Shown here piece after piece: positions 1 through 11,939 of a stretch of DNA of 64,000 nucleotides. The stretch comes from Macrostomum lignano (taxonomy: Eukaryota): NCBI GenBank assembly GCA_002269645.1, contig NIVC01000277.1:104622-168621 (forward strand), read 5' to 3'. The translations under genes were made by a program, and so were the position numbers. Every line of letters begins with the position of its first letter. Position 1 is the first letter of the stretch. The notes under the pieces are model-generated. The model made no database searches. It was not told where the DNA came from and saw only the letters and a list, made by a program, of their open reading frames with translations.

Positions 1-59
1 GTCAGTGGCTCAAACCAAAGGGTACCTATATTTTATTGTATACTCAGTGTTAGTATTTT

Positions 60-743
60 AAGTGACTTCAATTTTGGCAGCCCATAGAAAAAGCATACGC
101 ATGCCAACAACATGTCTATGGTCAACTGTGGTAGAATCCGTCAAAGCGTGCATTCAACTTTGGCAAAAGTGAGCGAATTTTGGCAACTCAACCGAACAAG
201 ATGCTGAACGCGCGTATATCGCTGCAGGATCGAAAACGGCTGGTGCGCAGCTACCAAGAAGGAAGAGACTAGAGACGACTGGCGAAGGACCTCGACATAA
301 AGAGAACCACGGCCGACACAATTATCCACAGGTTTGTCACTGAAGATCGCGTTGCGCTGAAGCAACGAGGAGGAGCCGTGAGGCCAAAATTTACACCACC
401 AATGTTAAATGCTGTGACTCGGTTTGTTGAAGAGAAGCCCACTATAACGTTGAGGGAGATGAAGGAGAAGATGGAAGCCAAACTTCCAGGCGCACCTGGC
501 GTGTCGGTGCAGGCAATTAGCCGTCGCCTGGACTGTACTCTGTACATCACGCTAGTCCGTTTATTACCGTTTTCCGATCAGTTTATTGTGTTGCCAAAAT
601 TCGCCCACTTTTGCCAAAGTTGAATGCACGCTTTAACCGATTCTACTACAGTTGACCATAGACATGTTGCTGGCAGGCGTATGCTTTTTCTATGGGCTGC
701 CAAAATTGAAGTCACTTTTGCCAGAATCGAGCTTGAAAAGGTA
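60..743 (+). mobile_element. IS630-Tc1-mariner-like TIR element, HTH-only, copy A (outermost left end missing)
   Basis: 61-187 and 590-717 are ~127-bp inverted repeats with few mismatches. The right end runs on to TTGAAAAGGTA (733-743) followed by TA, the same terminus as copy B. The matching left-terminal ~25 bp is absent. Confidence 0.75.
201..623 (+). pseudogene. Transposase N-terminal HTH domain only, one in-frame stop
   Basis: ATG at 201 reads MLNARISLQDRKRLVRSYQEGRD*RRLAKDLDIKRTTA...RGGAVRPKF...KPTITLREM...QAISRRLDCTLYITL. TAG at 270-272 aligns with Trp in copy B. No DDE domain follows. Confidence 0.75.
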
Positions 744-770
744 TATATATCAGATGTTCTCACATTTTAG

Positions 771-2275
771 GAAAGTTTTCAAAGGAACGCCTCGTGCATC
801 TAAGCCATAAATACAAGGCATTTTCATCGGCAGAGAAAGCTATCATAGCATCTGATATTAATGCCACTCCTCAAGGCGGAGTTAGGCATGTTTTCCGCGA
901 CCTTGATAGGATGGTAAGGTACCAGTATTCTTTATTTCATTATGCAGCTGTGTGCTACCAAAGATCTCACCTTAATGATTATTCATCCAAAATCTCTATT
1001 TATGGGTTTCTGTAATGTTAGTATTGATAGTTGTATTTGCGCGTTACAACTAGAAAATTTATTTACATCAAATTTTTATGCTTTACTTTCTGTTTCGAAA
1101 CGTACTCTGAAGGTTACCAGTATGTTCCTCTACCTTTAAAAATACTTTTTTAGGCTCGAGGCATGTTTGACGACTACGACGTCCTTCTGATCGTTAGGTC
1201 TAAAAAATCGGGTACGATCTCGACCTGTGCGTCACCAGCCGTTCTGCCTCTCGTCATGGAGGGTGATATTGTGCAAGTCATGTGAGCAAATTAAAAAAAT
1301 AATAACGCTTTCGAAGTCCCTTTTTAAATATTTTATTGCAATGATTATCTTAAGTGTTCTCTGCAATTCTTCAGAAATTCAGCATTCAATCAATATGCCC
1401 TAGTGCCAACCGAAACCCGACGATCAAGGTTATGCGTAAAGAATTGCGCGCTGCTGCTCGAACGGCTTACAGTAAGTGCTTTATATTCGAACCTAACGAA
1501 TTTTGATTATTAAAAATATTTCATATATAAAACATACAGGCATGATTCATTCAGTATCGATTCACAGTATTCAGAATTGAACAATACATTTTCAGGTAAT
1601 GCAAGTATGGCAGCAAAAATGACTTACGACAACCTAGGTGGACAGTTCGTTCCTCCCCTTAAGAACCCTGCTACCTTAAAAGGAGCGGAGTTAAAGGCAG
1701 CTTTCGACGCACGACAGCAGCTACGCTTCATACCTCAAACTCAAGTTCCTACCGATGCTCATAATCTTGGCAGTTTGGCGGCATCGCCGCCTGAACGTGG
1801 CGGTCTGGCCGCTTCGCAGCCTGGACGTGGCGGTCTGGTCGCTTCGCAGCCTGGACGTGGCGGTTTGGCCGCTTCGCAGCCTGGACGTGGCGGTCTGGCC
1901 GCTTCGCAGCCTGGACGTGGCGGTCTGGCCGCTTCGCAGCCTGGACGTGGCGGTCTGGCCGCTTCGCAGCCTGGACGTGGCGGTCTGGCCGCTTCGCAGC
2001 CTGGACGTGGCGGTCTGGCCGCTTCGCAGCCTGGACGTGGCGGTCTGGCCGCTTCGCAGCCTGGACGTGGCGGTCTGGCCGATTTGCAGCCTGGACGTGG
2101 CGGTCTGGCCGCTTCGCAGCCTGGACGTGGCGGTCTGGCCGCTTCGCAGCCTGGACGTGGCGGTCTGGCCGCTTCGCAGCCTGGACGTGGCGGTCTGCAT
2201 GTAGACGTACCCTGCATGCAATCCGTTACTTGGTTCTCTGACTTTGATGAGGATATTATCATTGAGTGTGAATAA
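771..2275 (+). CDS. Spliced gene of unknown function (5' part not seen), C-terminal 10-aa tandem repeat
   Basis: Exons 771-913, 1154-1281, 1383-1471 and 1596-2275 have GT-AG sites and compatible phases (0, 2, 1). They give a stop-free product ...KFSKERLVHLSHKYK...RDLDRM/ARGMFDDYDVLL...DIVQVI/IQSICPS...RKELRAAARTAYS/NASMAAKMTYDNLGG... Confidence 0.6.
1769..2197 (+). repeat. 30-bp coding minisatellite (~13 near-identical units plus one degenerate)
   Basis: Unit GGCGGTCTGGCCGCTTCGCAGCCTGGACGT, encoding GGLAASQPGR in the exon frame. Confidence 0.95.
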
Positions 2276-2571
2276 ACAAATTAGGCTCGTAGAAGAATAT
2301 CATGTCATAATATTTCGCTGTTAATTTGAAATCAATGTATTGAGTGCTATATAATTCTTTCGATCCTTTTTATCGCATAAAATCAGCGCCTACGAGTATG
2401 CAGGAAAAAGACTAATAAATGAGTGCGGAGCGCCTATCGAGAGCCCACGGTCGTTAGACGCGGGGCCGTTGGTACAGTGAAATCTTGCGAAATCTTAAGT
2501 CGCTGTACTGTGTTTTTTTGTGAGTATTAGCCTTTTGCCCTCAAAATTTTGGAAAACACTTTATTATATCG

Positions 2572-2745
2572 GGGTAAGAATCGTGAGATTCTGGGGGCTA
2601 AGAATCGTGAGATTCTGGGGGCTAAGAATCGTGAGATTCTGGGGGCTAAGAATCGTGAGATTCTGGGGGCTAAGAATCGTGAGATTCTGGGGGCTAAGAA
2701 TTGTGAGATTTTGAGGATAAGAACTGTGAGATTTTGAGGATAAGA
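2572..2745. repeat. 24-bp minisatellite
   Basis: Unit GGGGGCTAAGAATCGTGAGATTCT, about 7 copies, degenerate at the right end. Confidence 0.9.
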
Positions 2746-3228
2746 ATCATGCTCAAAACAATTTTTTTATTTCAAAGTAGCTGCTATTTTTGCGAGCTAA
2801 GAGTCGGTACAACACTGCTTCATCATCATCCATTCTCCCTTAATACATGTACTCTACGAAACATGCTAAAGTCAATGAAGGTGCTGATTTCCTTTATGAA
2901 GGTGCATTCCAAAGCATATCAAATAACTTTTTTAGCCTCCAGAATGGTCTCTAGGAAAATGTGTACATTCTGACTGAAGCCAAGTATAGAAGCATGCATA
3001 TTTTAAAGTAGAAAGAGAAATTTTAATATTTATTTGCAGAGTTCCTTTAAAAACATATGCTTACAAAATTACAAAACAAGATTATTGGAGGGGCTGTTCG
3101 TTGCTGGAGGGGCGCAATTAGCAGGCCGCGCCCTGATACTGCCAACCTCGTCATGGTCAAAGATGATCGACGAGGTACGCCCGCAAGCCGACTCTAACAC
3201 ATCAAAAACCAAAGTTTGCGCCCCTTAA

Positions 3229-5613
3229 CCCCAAGACTGCGGATGGCCTGCTCTGCAGGTCATGGTCTCATATCTATGGTCTGCGGCTCAATTTGCTGCT
3301 GATATGTTAAAACATTTCTAACGAGTCTTAGTTTGCGGCTGTGGCCTGCAGAGCAGGCCATGAAAAAGTCGGTTGTTTTAAGTAACTTTTTTGTTCCTTT
3401 TAACATCTGATTTTTTCTATACTATGGCGCAACAGGGATACTAAACGAGTTATGAAGTGTGAATATATTTTCTCAACAGTCATTGGAACTGTGAATAAAA
3501 GTTCAAAGACATAGTGAAAAATTTACGAAAACAAGTAATACGAACAAGTTTAAAATGATAAGCGAGTAATTCAACAACGACCAACAAACATCGATAACAC
3601 CAAGTACGAGTAGCAGTCATAGGCATAACAGCAAGTGAGTCACAATTTAACAAATAGTTATAATTAATTTTGATTTTGAATCTCCAAAGCAGGGCACAGC
3701 GCAAAGACCTGGATTTCCCTGGCAGTGATTGCAACAATAGACAGTTTTCTTGACTCGGCCACTCTTGTAACACTGTCTGCAACGCTTGGCTGGCCGAGCC
3801 TGGGCACCTGTTGGCCGGAGGCGCTTCAGGAGATGCTGCTGCCTATTGGGTCCTGTGCCAGGCTGTGCTTGAATTTGCCGGCTCCGTGCAGGTCCAGTAG
3901 TCTGGATGAAGCCCTTGATGGTTAATTCCAGGAACTTCAGGAAGTCGTACGAGCCGCCACGGGACTGGAACACAACCCAACCGTTTCTGACAAGGACCAA
4001 GAAAAAGTGGGCCCCTAGCTTGGCAAACCACTTTTGTGTCCTTCTGTTTGGGCTGTATGGCTGTAGGCCAGAATCCAGTTTATCAACACCGCCCATAAAG
4101 CTATTGTACGATGTTGCTGTTAGAGGCTTGAGTTCTACAACTTCATCATTTCCTTGAATGATGCGGTGAACATGTTGAATGGCGGCGGCATTTTTGGTGT
4201 CAATAAAATACACTGTCTTTGTACCAGATGCCTTTCTGACGACGTACTTCACAGCAAGTACACTGCCGCTTCGCATGAAGGCACAGCCTGGAGCGGGCAC
4301 GGCCAGATCTCTCAGTTCAACGGGGACACCGCGGTTTGCACGCACTGTGCAGGTCAGCAGTGTGCCGTGACGCAGCAGGTAGTCTGCTAGGCGATGCGAT
4401 CCGAACCAGCTGTCGCAAACGACATGGTAGCCAAGGTCCAGTACATATCGGCATGTCTCAACCAGCACCTTCTCGCTCAACGAAAGTCCTTCACATCCCA
4501 GATCTTGACCAAACTTATCATTCTCGGCTCTGCTCGAATGCACAAGAAAGTTGCAAACATAACCTGTTTTTGCCTCACACAAGCAATAAATTTTAATGCC
4601 ATACCGCGCTTTCTTAGCTGGAATATATTGGCGGAACAGTACTCTTCCTCTGAACAGCACCAGTTCTTCGTCTACGCTTAGCTCCTTCTCTGGCATGTAC
4701 ACGTTCCGGCAGATCCGCGACACACAGTTGATGAAGGGCCTGGCCTTAGCCAGAGGATCAGCGGCGTCAAAGTTGGAGCAGTCATAGAAGCGTAGTAGAC
4801 TGCTGATCTGCTGAAACCTGTCTCTTGGCAGACATGCTTGCTGCTGGAAGAATGGCGGAGAATAGAACTCGCTTTTAGACCAATAGTGGGTCACTTCCGG
4901 TTTTTTTACTACTCCCATATAAAGTGACATTGCGACGAACTTTGTAATCTCATTTACAGTGACATCCTTCCAGCTGGAAAATCGCGATGGTAGCTGTTCA
5001 TCCTGAAGATCTTCGAACTCGCGCCACGCTCGAGCATTCGTCCAGTCGCACAGCTTCTGTAGCAATTCGGGTGTCAGAAACCTTCGGCTGAAAGCTACTG
5101 GATCTTCATCAGCGTTCTCGGGTTGCGGCAAATCCGGATTGACACCTGGCATGCCAAGGAACTCCGGGTCCTGGTTCGGCTTCTGATCTTGGCCAGGGTG
5201 GCATGCATGCCAAACATTGGTTGCACCCTGGGCAGCGGCTAAGCCTTCATGTACCTCTTGCATTTCCATGCCTCTTTGTTCGGTTTCGTCCTCATCATCA
5301 GTGAAAAAACTGTCGTCTCCTTCTTCAAACTCGGGATCAGTATCAGTATCAAAATGCTCCGCTTGAGCCATAATGACGATAAATAGTGTTAAAAAAATTG
5401 AAAAGGACGTTAATAGAAACTGCTCTAGCTTAAAAACTGAGCCACAAGCTGTACAAATACAATCCAAAAGTTTCAAAGACTAAATACTCAGTAGGAGCTG
5501 ATACCGCAAACTAAAGACATGTCAGCCAAAGATTAAAAAATGTTCATGGCCTGCAGGGCAGGCCAAGCCGCAAACTGTGTCTATGGCATGAACTCATCAA
5601 CGCAGTCTAGGGG
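3229..5613 (-). mobile_element. piggyBac DNA transposon, full length
   Basis: TTAA at 3225-3228 and 5614-5617. 13-bp TIRs CCCCAAGACTGCG / CCCCTAGACTGCG. Subterminal GGCCTGC(T/C)CTGCAGG(T/C)C motifs at both ends. Confidence 0.95.
3647..5371 (-). CDS. piggyBac transposase (574 aa from the likely ATG at 5371)
   Basis: Uninterrupted ORF with an acidic N-terminus, LSVDEELVLFRGR...RQYIPAKKARYGIK, CDSWFGS and MGGVDKLD (DDD triad), and a C-terminal Cys-rich domain CRQC...CNHC...LCAVPCF. Confidence 0.93.
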   Translation of the reverse strand: MAQAEHFDTDTDPEFEEGDDSFFTDDEDETEQRGMEMQEVHEGLAAAQGATNVWHACHPGQDQKPNQDPEFLGMPGVNPDLPQPENADEDPVAFSRRFLTPELLQKLCDWTNARAWREFEDLQDEQLPSRFSSWKDVTVNEITKFVAMSLYMGVVKKPEVTHYWSKSEFYSPPFFQQQACLPRDRFQQISSLLRFYDCSNFDAADPLAKARPFINCVSRICRNVYMPEKELSVDEELVLFRGRVLFRQYIPAKKARYGIKIYCLCEAKTGYVCNFLVHSSRAENDKFGQDLGCEGLSLSEKVLVETCRYVLDLGYHVVCDSWFGSHRLADYLLRHGTLLTCTVRANRGVPVELRDLAVPAPGCAFMRSGSVLAVKYVVRKASGTKTVYFIDTKNAAAIQHVHRIIQGNDEVVELKPLTATSYNSFMGGVDKLDSGLQPYSPNRRTQKWFAKLGAHFFLVLVRNGWVVFQSRGGSYDFLKFLELTIKGFIQTTGPARSRQIQAQPGTGPNRQQHLLKRLRPTGAQARPAKRCRQCYKSGRVKKTVYCCNHCQGNPGLCAVPCFGDSKSKLIITIC

Positions 5614-6340
5614 TTAAACTAGATTTTTTGCCCCCAAACGCCTTTTGCGCCCCTAAGCTTGATTTTCTGCCCCTAGCTACACGCATTTTTTGCGCCCCCT
5701 ACATGTAGCTTAAAAAGCGCTCCTTATACTCGTGTTGGCGCCCCAAACTTGGACCCCCCCCCCAAAATGAAACTCTAGATCCGTCACTGCCTCCATTCCA
5801 TAGCCTTAAGTTGACATGATCGAGATCCCCATTTTATCCCCTTTATCCCCTGTGACCTCAAGGAAGGGACTCGGATGGGATGTCTCGGCGATTCTAGTCG
5901 CCCAGGCCGACAAGTTATCGATTGCAGTCGGTTTGGTCCGAAGTTGAACTTCGGGCTCCATTCTGGCATGGTGCTTAAGTTGACATCCCCTTTGTATCCC
6001 CCAGCCTATACTCTAGGTGCACTTGTCGAATTTACACCTGATCAACCTGCTGCCAGTAAAGATTATGCAAGTAAACCGGCTGTCCTTGCAGCTTATAACT
6101 AATCAAAACTATACGCGAGCCGCTGAGCAGTGTGGCCCTGAACGTCTGTACATTAAAATCACCATCAATCTAGTATTGGAGTCTGCAAGGCTCTGATGCT
6201 GGAGTTTCCTAGCTTTATACTCCACAACTGGAGTTATGCTAAAATGTACTTCTTTCCGAGCCATACTGTACCCCAAAACGATGGATTTTGCGCATAAAAT
6301 TTTACTCGATATTAGGTAAAGAAATTCTGCAACAGCTGTA

Positions 6341-7230
6341 CGAGAGGTGATCAAAAAGTTTGCAACCTCTTGTCATAACTTTTCACTATGGAATCGGCAA
6401 AAGCCAAAAACTTATACATATGTGGCTATATCTGTATGCTATATTTATATGCATTTTTGACTTCAAATGTTCCTCAGTCAAATTTAACAGCCATATATTT
6501 TCCATGTGTTTTCAGCAGCTGATGGAACCATTAAAAGACAGTGTTCGCTTCTTATATCTGGATGTCATCACAGGAGACGAATGTTGGATCTCCTTCTTTA
6601 CCATGAATTGGATAAGCAGTCCAACATGGTCTAGCTGGCAGAAGATGAGCCAAGGCCTGAGGTGCTGAAGACTTGATTCTGCAGTTGGAGGTGGATGTTC
6701 ACCATTTTTTCAACTCTTGAGGGTGTTGTCGTATCAGTGAACATTCTTCCAGCGGGTGCCACAGTGACTGCCAGGTACTACACAGACACTGTTCTGCCAG
6801 GCGTGCTGCAAGAGCGGCAGGAACGTGCGCGAATCAGGCATGGACCTCGACTCCTGCTGCACCATGACAATGCGGCATCGCACAGAGCGGCCTCAACCAT
6901 GGCGTACCTGGAGCAGCAGGGGGTCCAGCTGCTGCACCATCCACCCTGACTCTCTCCAGACCTAGCACCCCTGTGACTGTTGGCTGTTCCCGAGGATCAA
7001 ATCCGTCATTTCTGGGAGGCCATTTTCACGCATACAAGACCTTACCCAAGTGGTGCATTCAGCTACATAGGGTATACCAACTTCGGAGTACCATGACTGC
7101 TTTCAGACATGGTGCACACGCATGCGACGGTGCATGGTGGTGGAAAGTACTTTGAGGGAATGTGACACTGATTAGACGGCTTTGGCTGCTGTAGCACTGA
7201 GTTGTGAGATCACTTTTTGATCACCCCTCG
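6341..7230 (+). mobile_element. Mariner (DD34D-type) element, internally deleted and pseudogenised
   Basis: TA-flanked TIRs CGAGAGGTGATCAAAAAGT / ACTTTTTGATCACCCCTCG. Remnant motifs VITGDECW, LLHHDNAASH and HPP*SPDLAP. Only 890 bp, with the N-terminal HTH missing. Confidence 0.9.
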
Positions 7231-8350
7231 TACTTTACCGCTTGTCAAAATATTGAGTGAATTTCCAAGTGCTCTTCAAATCAGCGTAAATACGCTCGTA
7301 TATACGGTATTTAGTCCAGTCCACGGGGCCGCTCGACTAGTCAGCTCAATCCACTCCACGGCTGTGTGGATCCACTTGACTAGTCGGGTAATTTTTCTGT
7401 AGTGAACTATCCGACTAGTCGAGAGCCGTTAGGTGCACACTGCACAGTACATGTATTGTACTGTACGATTACGTAGCACATGCTCGTCGCTCACACAGAA
7501 GTGCATATAAAAGATCTTCCCGGACTTTCGCATCGTCAGCTGGCATTGTGCACTCACCCTTGCCTTTGAGATTGGACTTGATCTAGGGCGCAAATTACAT
7601 GTACACCCCAAATTAATGTGGCTAGCCGCGGATCCGCTATACGAGCGTACGAGCCCCCCCCCCCATTTACCGCCATGATGACTGTATGGGCTCGGTTCGT
7701 GGGCTCACTTTAAGTTATACTTAAAGGTTTTTATAGTAACATATTGTAATGATCATTGAACATGACTGCGGCCGACTACACACATTTTATGCTTCTACAA
7801 TCTACACTCACTCTTACGAAATTGGCACAAAAGCTACGAGCGCACAAGTGCAAATGTAAACTATAGAATTCAAATAAAAAAATATTGAAGCCGGTCACAT
7901 TGTCATAATTGACACAACTAAGCCACAGAAACTCGCCATCGAAATTGATGTCTGGGAATTTATTTCGTTAGCATTGTACATGCACATAATAAGCATAATT
8001 ATAATTATTACACAATGCACGATACGTTAATCTAAAATGTTATTACGAGCCGTATTATACAACAAACTTCATTTCAAGTCACGTCGACTACGCTTTAAAT
8101 ACTATTATATTTCAGCAGTAATATTCAAATTCAAATTAAAACGTAAAATCCAGCACTTTCTGTATATGCTGTACGAGTACACACAAACATTTCTGCGACG
8201 GGCAAGGTCGAGCAGAACTTTTTGCTTGCTTCTTCGATAGGTTTTTGCTTTGGATAAAGTTCTTACTTTAAGACCAGCCAAATGTAAATTCAACATCGCA
8301 TTTAATATAAACGCGATAGACCTGATTTGAATTAAACAGAGCGACTCAGT

Positions 8351-11300
8351 TCAGTCGTCACCGCCATAGTCTGATTCCGAAGACGAAGTCGTACACTCGG
8401 AAGCACTGAGGTATTCGCAGTCGGGTGCGAGAATCGACTGTGGCGGATTGCAGAGCACTTGCTGCTCGGCACCAATGCGCTGAACTTCTTCAGCCAAACG
8501 GACGGACAAAACGAAAACGTCAATAACAGCAAGCTGGACCGACACAGGAAACGGTCGGGCAAAGTAACAGTCGAGGCGATCGTAGACGGAAGACGATGCG
8601 TCCTCGAGGAGATTCAACGGATATTGGCTGCCGTTGGACAAAAGCAGTCGCTTCACTTCGCGGTTAATTTCGTCCACCTTCCTGGTTAGCAGCCGACTTC
8701 GGTGGGAGCCTGAGCATTTGTAAGCAACGATAAGGCTACTTGTTTTTGTCTGGCAGTGGTTATGAAAAAACTTTTTGTCCAATCCGTCTGAATACTCTAC
8801 CAGGGAAGGTCGTATACAAAAGAGAAATGCGGTATATACCCATACTTTTTATACTTTTGACTATCCTATGGCAACTAAACTTTTAGACAATGAAGTTGAT
8901 AAAGCATTACTATACCAATGCAACGGTTCAGTTCGTTCAAAGTCTGCCTCTTCTCTACTGCCAGCCGACGTGTCTTCTGAAGCCAATCGTCACTTCACGA
9001 TCGGCATCTTCACGAAGCCACTGCTCGCCCAGTTGCAGTAACTGCTGAGTTGTAAAGCCTGAGGAGTCAAACCAATGAGTTAATTGCTATTTGTAACACT
9101 AGACAAGTGAAAACGAGTGAGTGAAGTGAAAGAGTTTACTTACCCGGCTGAGGCACCAGCTGATTAGCCTGGCTGGCACGTTGAACGATGAGCTCCTCCT
9201 TTTTGGAGAGAAGCTTTCGTCTGGCCTGTAGACAGGAGTCTGAAATAGAGAATGTGGAAGGGCAGTAACTATCAAGTTCAACAGTGAAATGATATATGAT
9301 ATCAGTAGTATCAGTAAATAAAATCAGTACCTAACTGTGAGCACTAAAAATAAAATTAACGATTATAATACTATTATTGTCTATTCACTTACCGGGATTC
9401 AGGCGCAGATGGTACAGTCCAATTATATGTGCGATGAGTCGAGTCCGCCTGTCGATGCGCATTTATTTAAGAATGCGCCCAAATGGTCTCAGAAGTGAAA
9501 AAATCCGCTCGCAGATTTCACCGTCGGTGATGCCCGTTCCAGACGTAACGCGGATGGAGTTGTTCAACTGATATGAAAACGAAATTTCAACGAAGTGGTC
9601 TCTAACGTATTGCTACATGGTATTTGTATACACAATTGCAGTAAGCACGAAGATAATAATTTACACATAGTTATCATGCAATAAGTGCTTGTGGCAGGCC
9701 AACTGTCCCCTATAAAATAAATAGTAGGAGTACCAAGGGGGATTCAACCTGGAATGTTAAGGCTAGGCTGTTTTTTCTGCGCCACGACTGAGCAACGCAG
9801 ACACACGAAATTCAATAACAGAACTTTCTGTTGCGCACCTTATAAAAAACTATGTCGCCACCTTCCAGGCTGTTGACATATTTCATGATTCTGACAAGGT
9901 CGAAAGGGCTTGATATAACCAGTGTTAAACATTTAAAGGAAATTCCATGCATGGCTGATACTATTTACCCGACATTTTGACTCATGTCCGTAGGCATGAA
10001 AAATGGGCACCGCTAGTTTAGCCTTCACTTGGTTGCCCAGCTTGCACGCGACGTCGTAGACAAAGGTAATAGACTCTTCTGAAACTCCAATACGCTGAAC
10101 CGCCGATTGGAGAAGAGTCTTTGGGTAGATCAGACTGAAATGCGACAGGGATGGTATTGAGACGGTGTATCAAAATATCTCAAGTCTTAAACAAGAGCCT
10201 CTCTGTTTGTCTGTTAAAGTTTCAGTTAATTTTTTACACTTACCGCTCCCCAGGAGTGCGAACGTCAGAGCACGCCCAAATGAAGCCGTGGCGGCAGGCA
10301 ATAATGAAGAAGCCGTTGATGTCCAGCTTCTTGGAGCTTCTACACGCTCGGGAGAGCTCGCCTGCCGTCCAGTTAGAACAAGCTCCAGGGGTGGGCGCGA
10401 TCTGCGATGAGATATCGACGTTTGAAAATGGAAATGGCAGGCCTCCGCTGCTAGGCTCCGTAATCAAACCCGAAGCAACGGAGGCTCTTCGCCTCCAGCC
10501 CATTAGAGCGTCTCCGTGTAAGATGGGACCCTGTTAAAATATTTTTATAGTAAAGCACAAACGTTTAGGAAAGAAAACATGCATACATGTATCGGGTATA
10601 TATTTACAAGCAATGCTCAATCACTTACCAAATCTCCACTGCCAGTGGTGCAAAGAGCGCACGTGGTGGGAAATTTTGCGACTGTAGAAATGAATTCTCG
10701 AAATTTTCCCATCGTATTGTAGCGAAGAAGGTCATGGTAGAGATCCCTCTGTGTAGGCGTAATTATGATGGAAAAATAATAATTTATGTCAACGATTGCC
10801 GCTAACCCCAAACCTAACTCTCAAAGCAACCGATCAAGCAAATATATTATAGATGTCTGCGCAACCGTTTGTATTTTCTTAAAGACACATATAGCTCGAA
10901 GTATAAACACAGACAGTAATATAAGCTTACCTCGCAACGCTGGCTGAGAAACAACAGTCTGTTTTGGATGACACAGCAAGCTTTCTGGAGGGAAGTTATT
11001 CCGTTCACCATTATGGAGTCTATGTTGTAGAGCAGCTCGAATGAGGCAAACGTAGCGCCTAAAGCAGAGACAGGAAAAAATGACTTCGACATCAGATACA
11101 GTCGGACGTGTAGGTCACTGCATGCATTGACGTGCGCTGAATGATAGCCTGCAAATGAACAGAAATAATGTAAGGACACCCTCCAGTAAATTATTCTTGA
11201 GTAGTCCTATGACAAGAGGTCATGGAAACATTTCTCATAATGGTATAGTCCCTTATAGTCGGGGAAAGCCACAAAATAGACTTTTACAAAAGGACACAAA

Positions 11301-11716
11301 ACACTTTACTACCGATGGTTACAAGTAAGAGGTTAACAGTTAATCCCCAATGTTTAGGAAATGCTTCCAACAGAAAGAGTAAAAAATGCCTACCTCCATA
11401 TGAATCAATGAGCTGCACATTGATATCTCGTGACTCTGGTGAACAGCCACACTTTAGGTGGACATCACGAGGAAAAAAGGCGTGATTCTAAAAGCCGATA
11501 GCCAATATTTAATTTCAGATACTAATAGAAAATATGACACAAGGAGCACCGCATCCCAAAAAATATTACACTCGCCTCTGAGACAGTGTGCACGAGACCC
11601 ATGTGGCGAATTTCAACACAGATGGCGCAGAAAAACGACGCGCATTGTGCACAGTGGATCGTAGAAGTCTTTGAGCATCCAGCACAAGGGCCACTACGTA
11701 CCGCTTGTCCTCCCAA
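8351..11716 (-). pseudogene. Multi-exon KDZ (Kyakuja-Dileera-Zisupton) transposase with CxC domain, one in-frame stop
   Basis: Exons 11148-10931 (FFPVS...FASFELL, CxC-like), 10530-10244 (HGDA, CSNW, DINGFFIIACRHG...PGER), 10134-9969 (IYP...YDVACK...AVPIFHAYGH...C) and 9567-9393 (GTGITDGEICER) splice in frame. TAA at 9463-9465. Upstream Cys cluster CAGC...CAQC...CAIC...H near 11600-11690. Probable 3' exons run down to 8351. Confidence 0.85.
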
Positions 11717-11939
11717 ACTTGGGACTCTGGCTCAAAATTTTCATCCACAGAGTCATAAGAAGTTGCCTCAGCAGGCTTGGCTTCAGATGAACCCGCAACA
11801 GAATGTTTCGGAGCATGCGCGTGAGAAGCAGTTTTAAAGCTTAACTTAGCTTAGCTTGCGTTTTGCGACCATTTATTCGGACGCAAAGATTTTTTTGATT
11901 GCGACCCTGAAAAATTAAATACGAGATGGGTAGAGCCAC

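Noticed and set aside
1769-2745. Regular repeats that might suggest CRISPR arrays
   Set aside because: Head-to-tail tandem units with no unique spacers, no cas genes, and a eukaryotic context.
3647-5476. 609-aa version of the piggyBac ORF
   Set aside because: It begins at a TTG in AT-rich leader sequence. The ATG at 5371, just before the acidic N-terminus, is the more plausible start.
5937-5953. Perfect palindrome CCGAAGTT-G-AACTTCGG sharing 11 bp with the HTH-element terminus
   Set aside because: Too short, with no TA/TIR context. Likely chance.
7321-7420. Small inverted repeat with three GACTAGTC palindromes
   Set aside because: Possibly a tiny MITE, but no TSD or second copy in the window to support a call.
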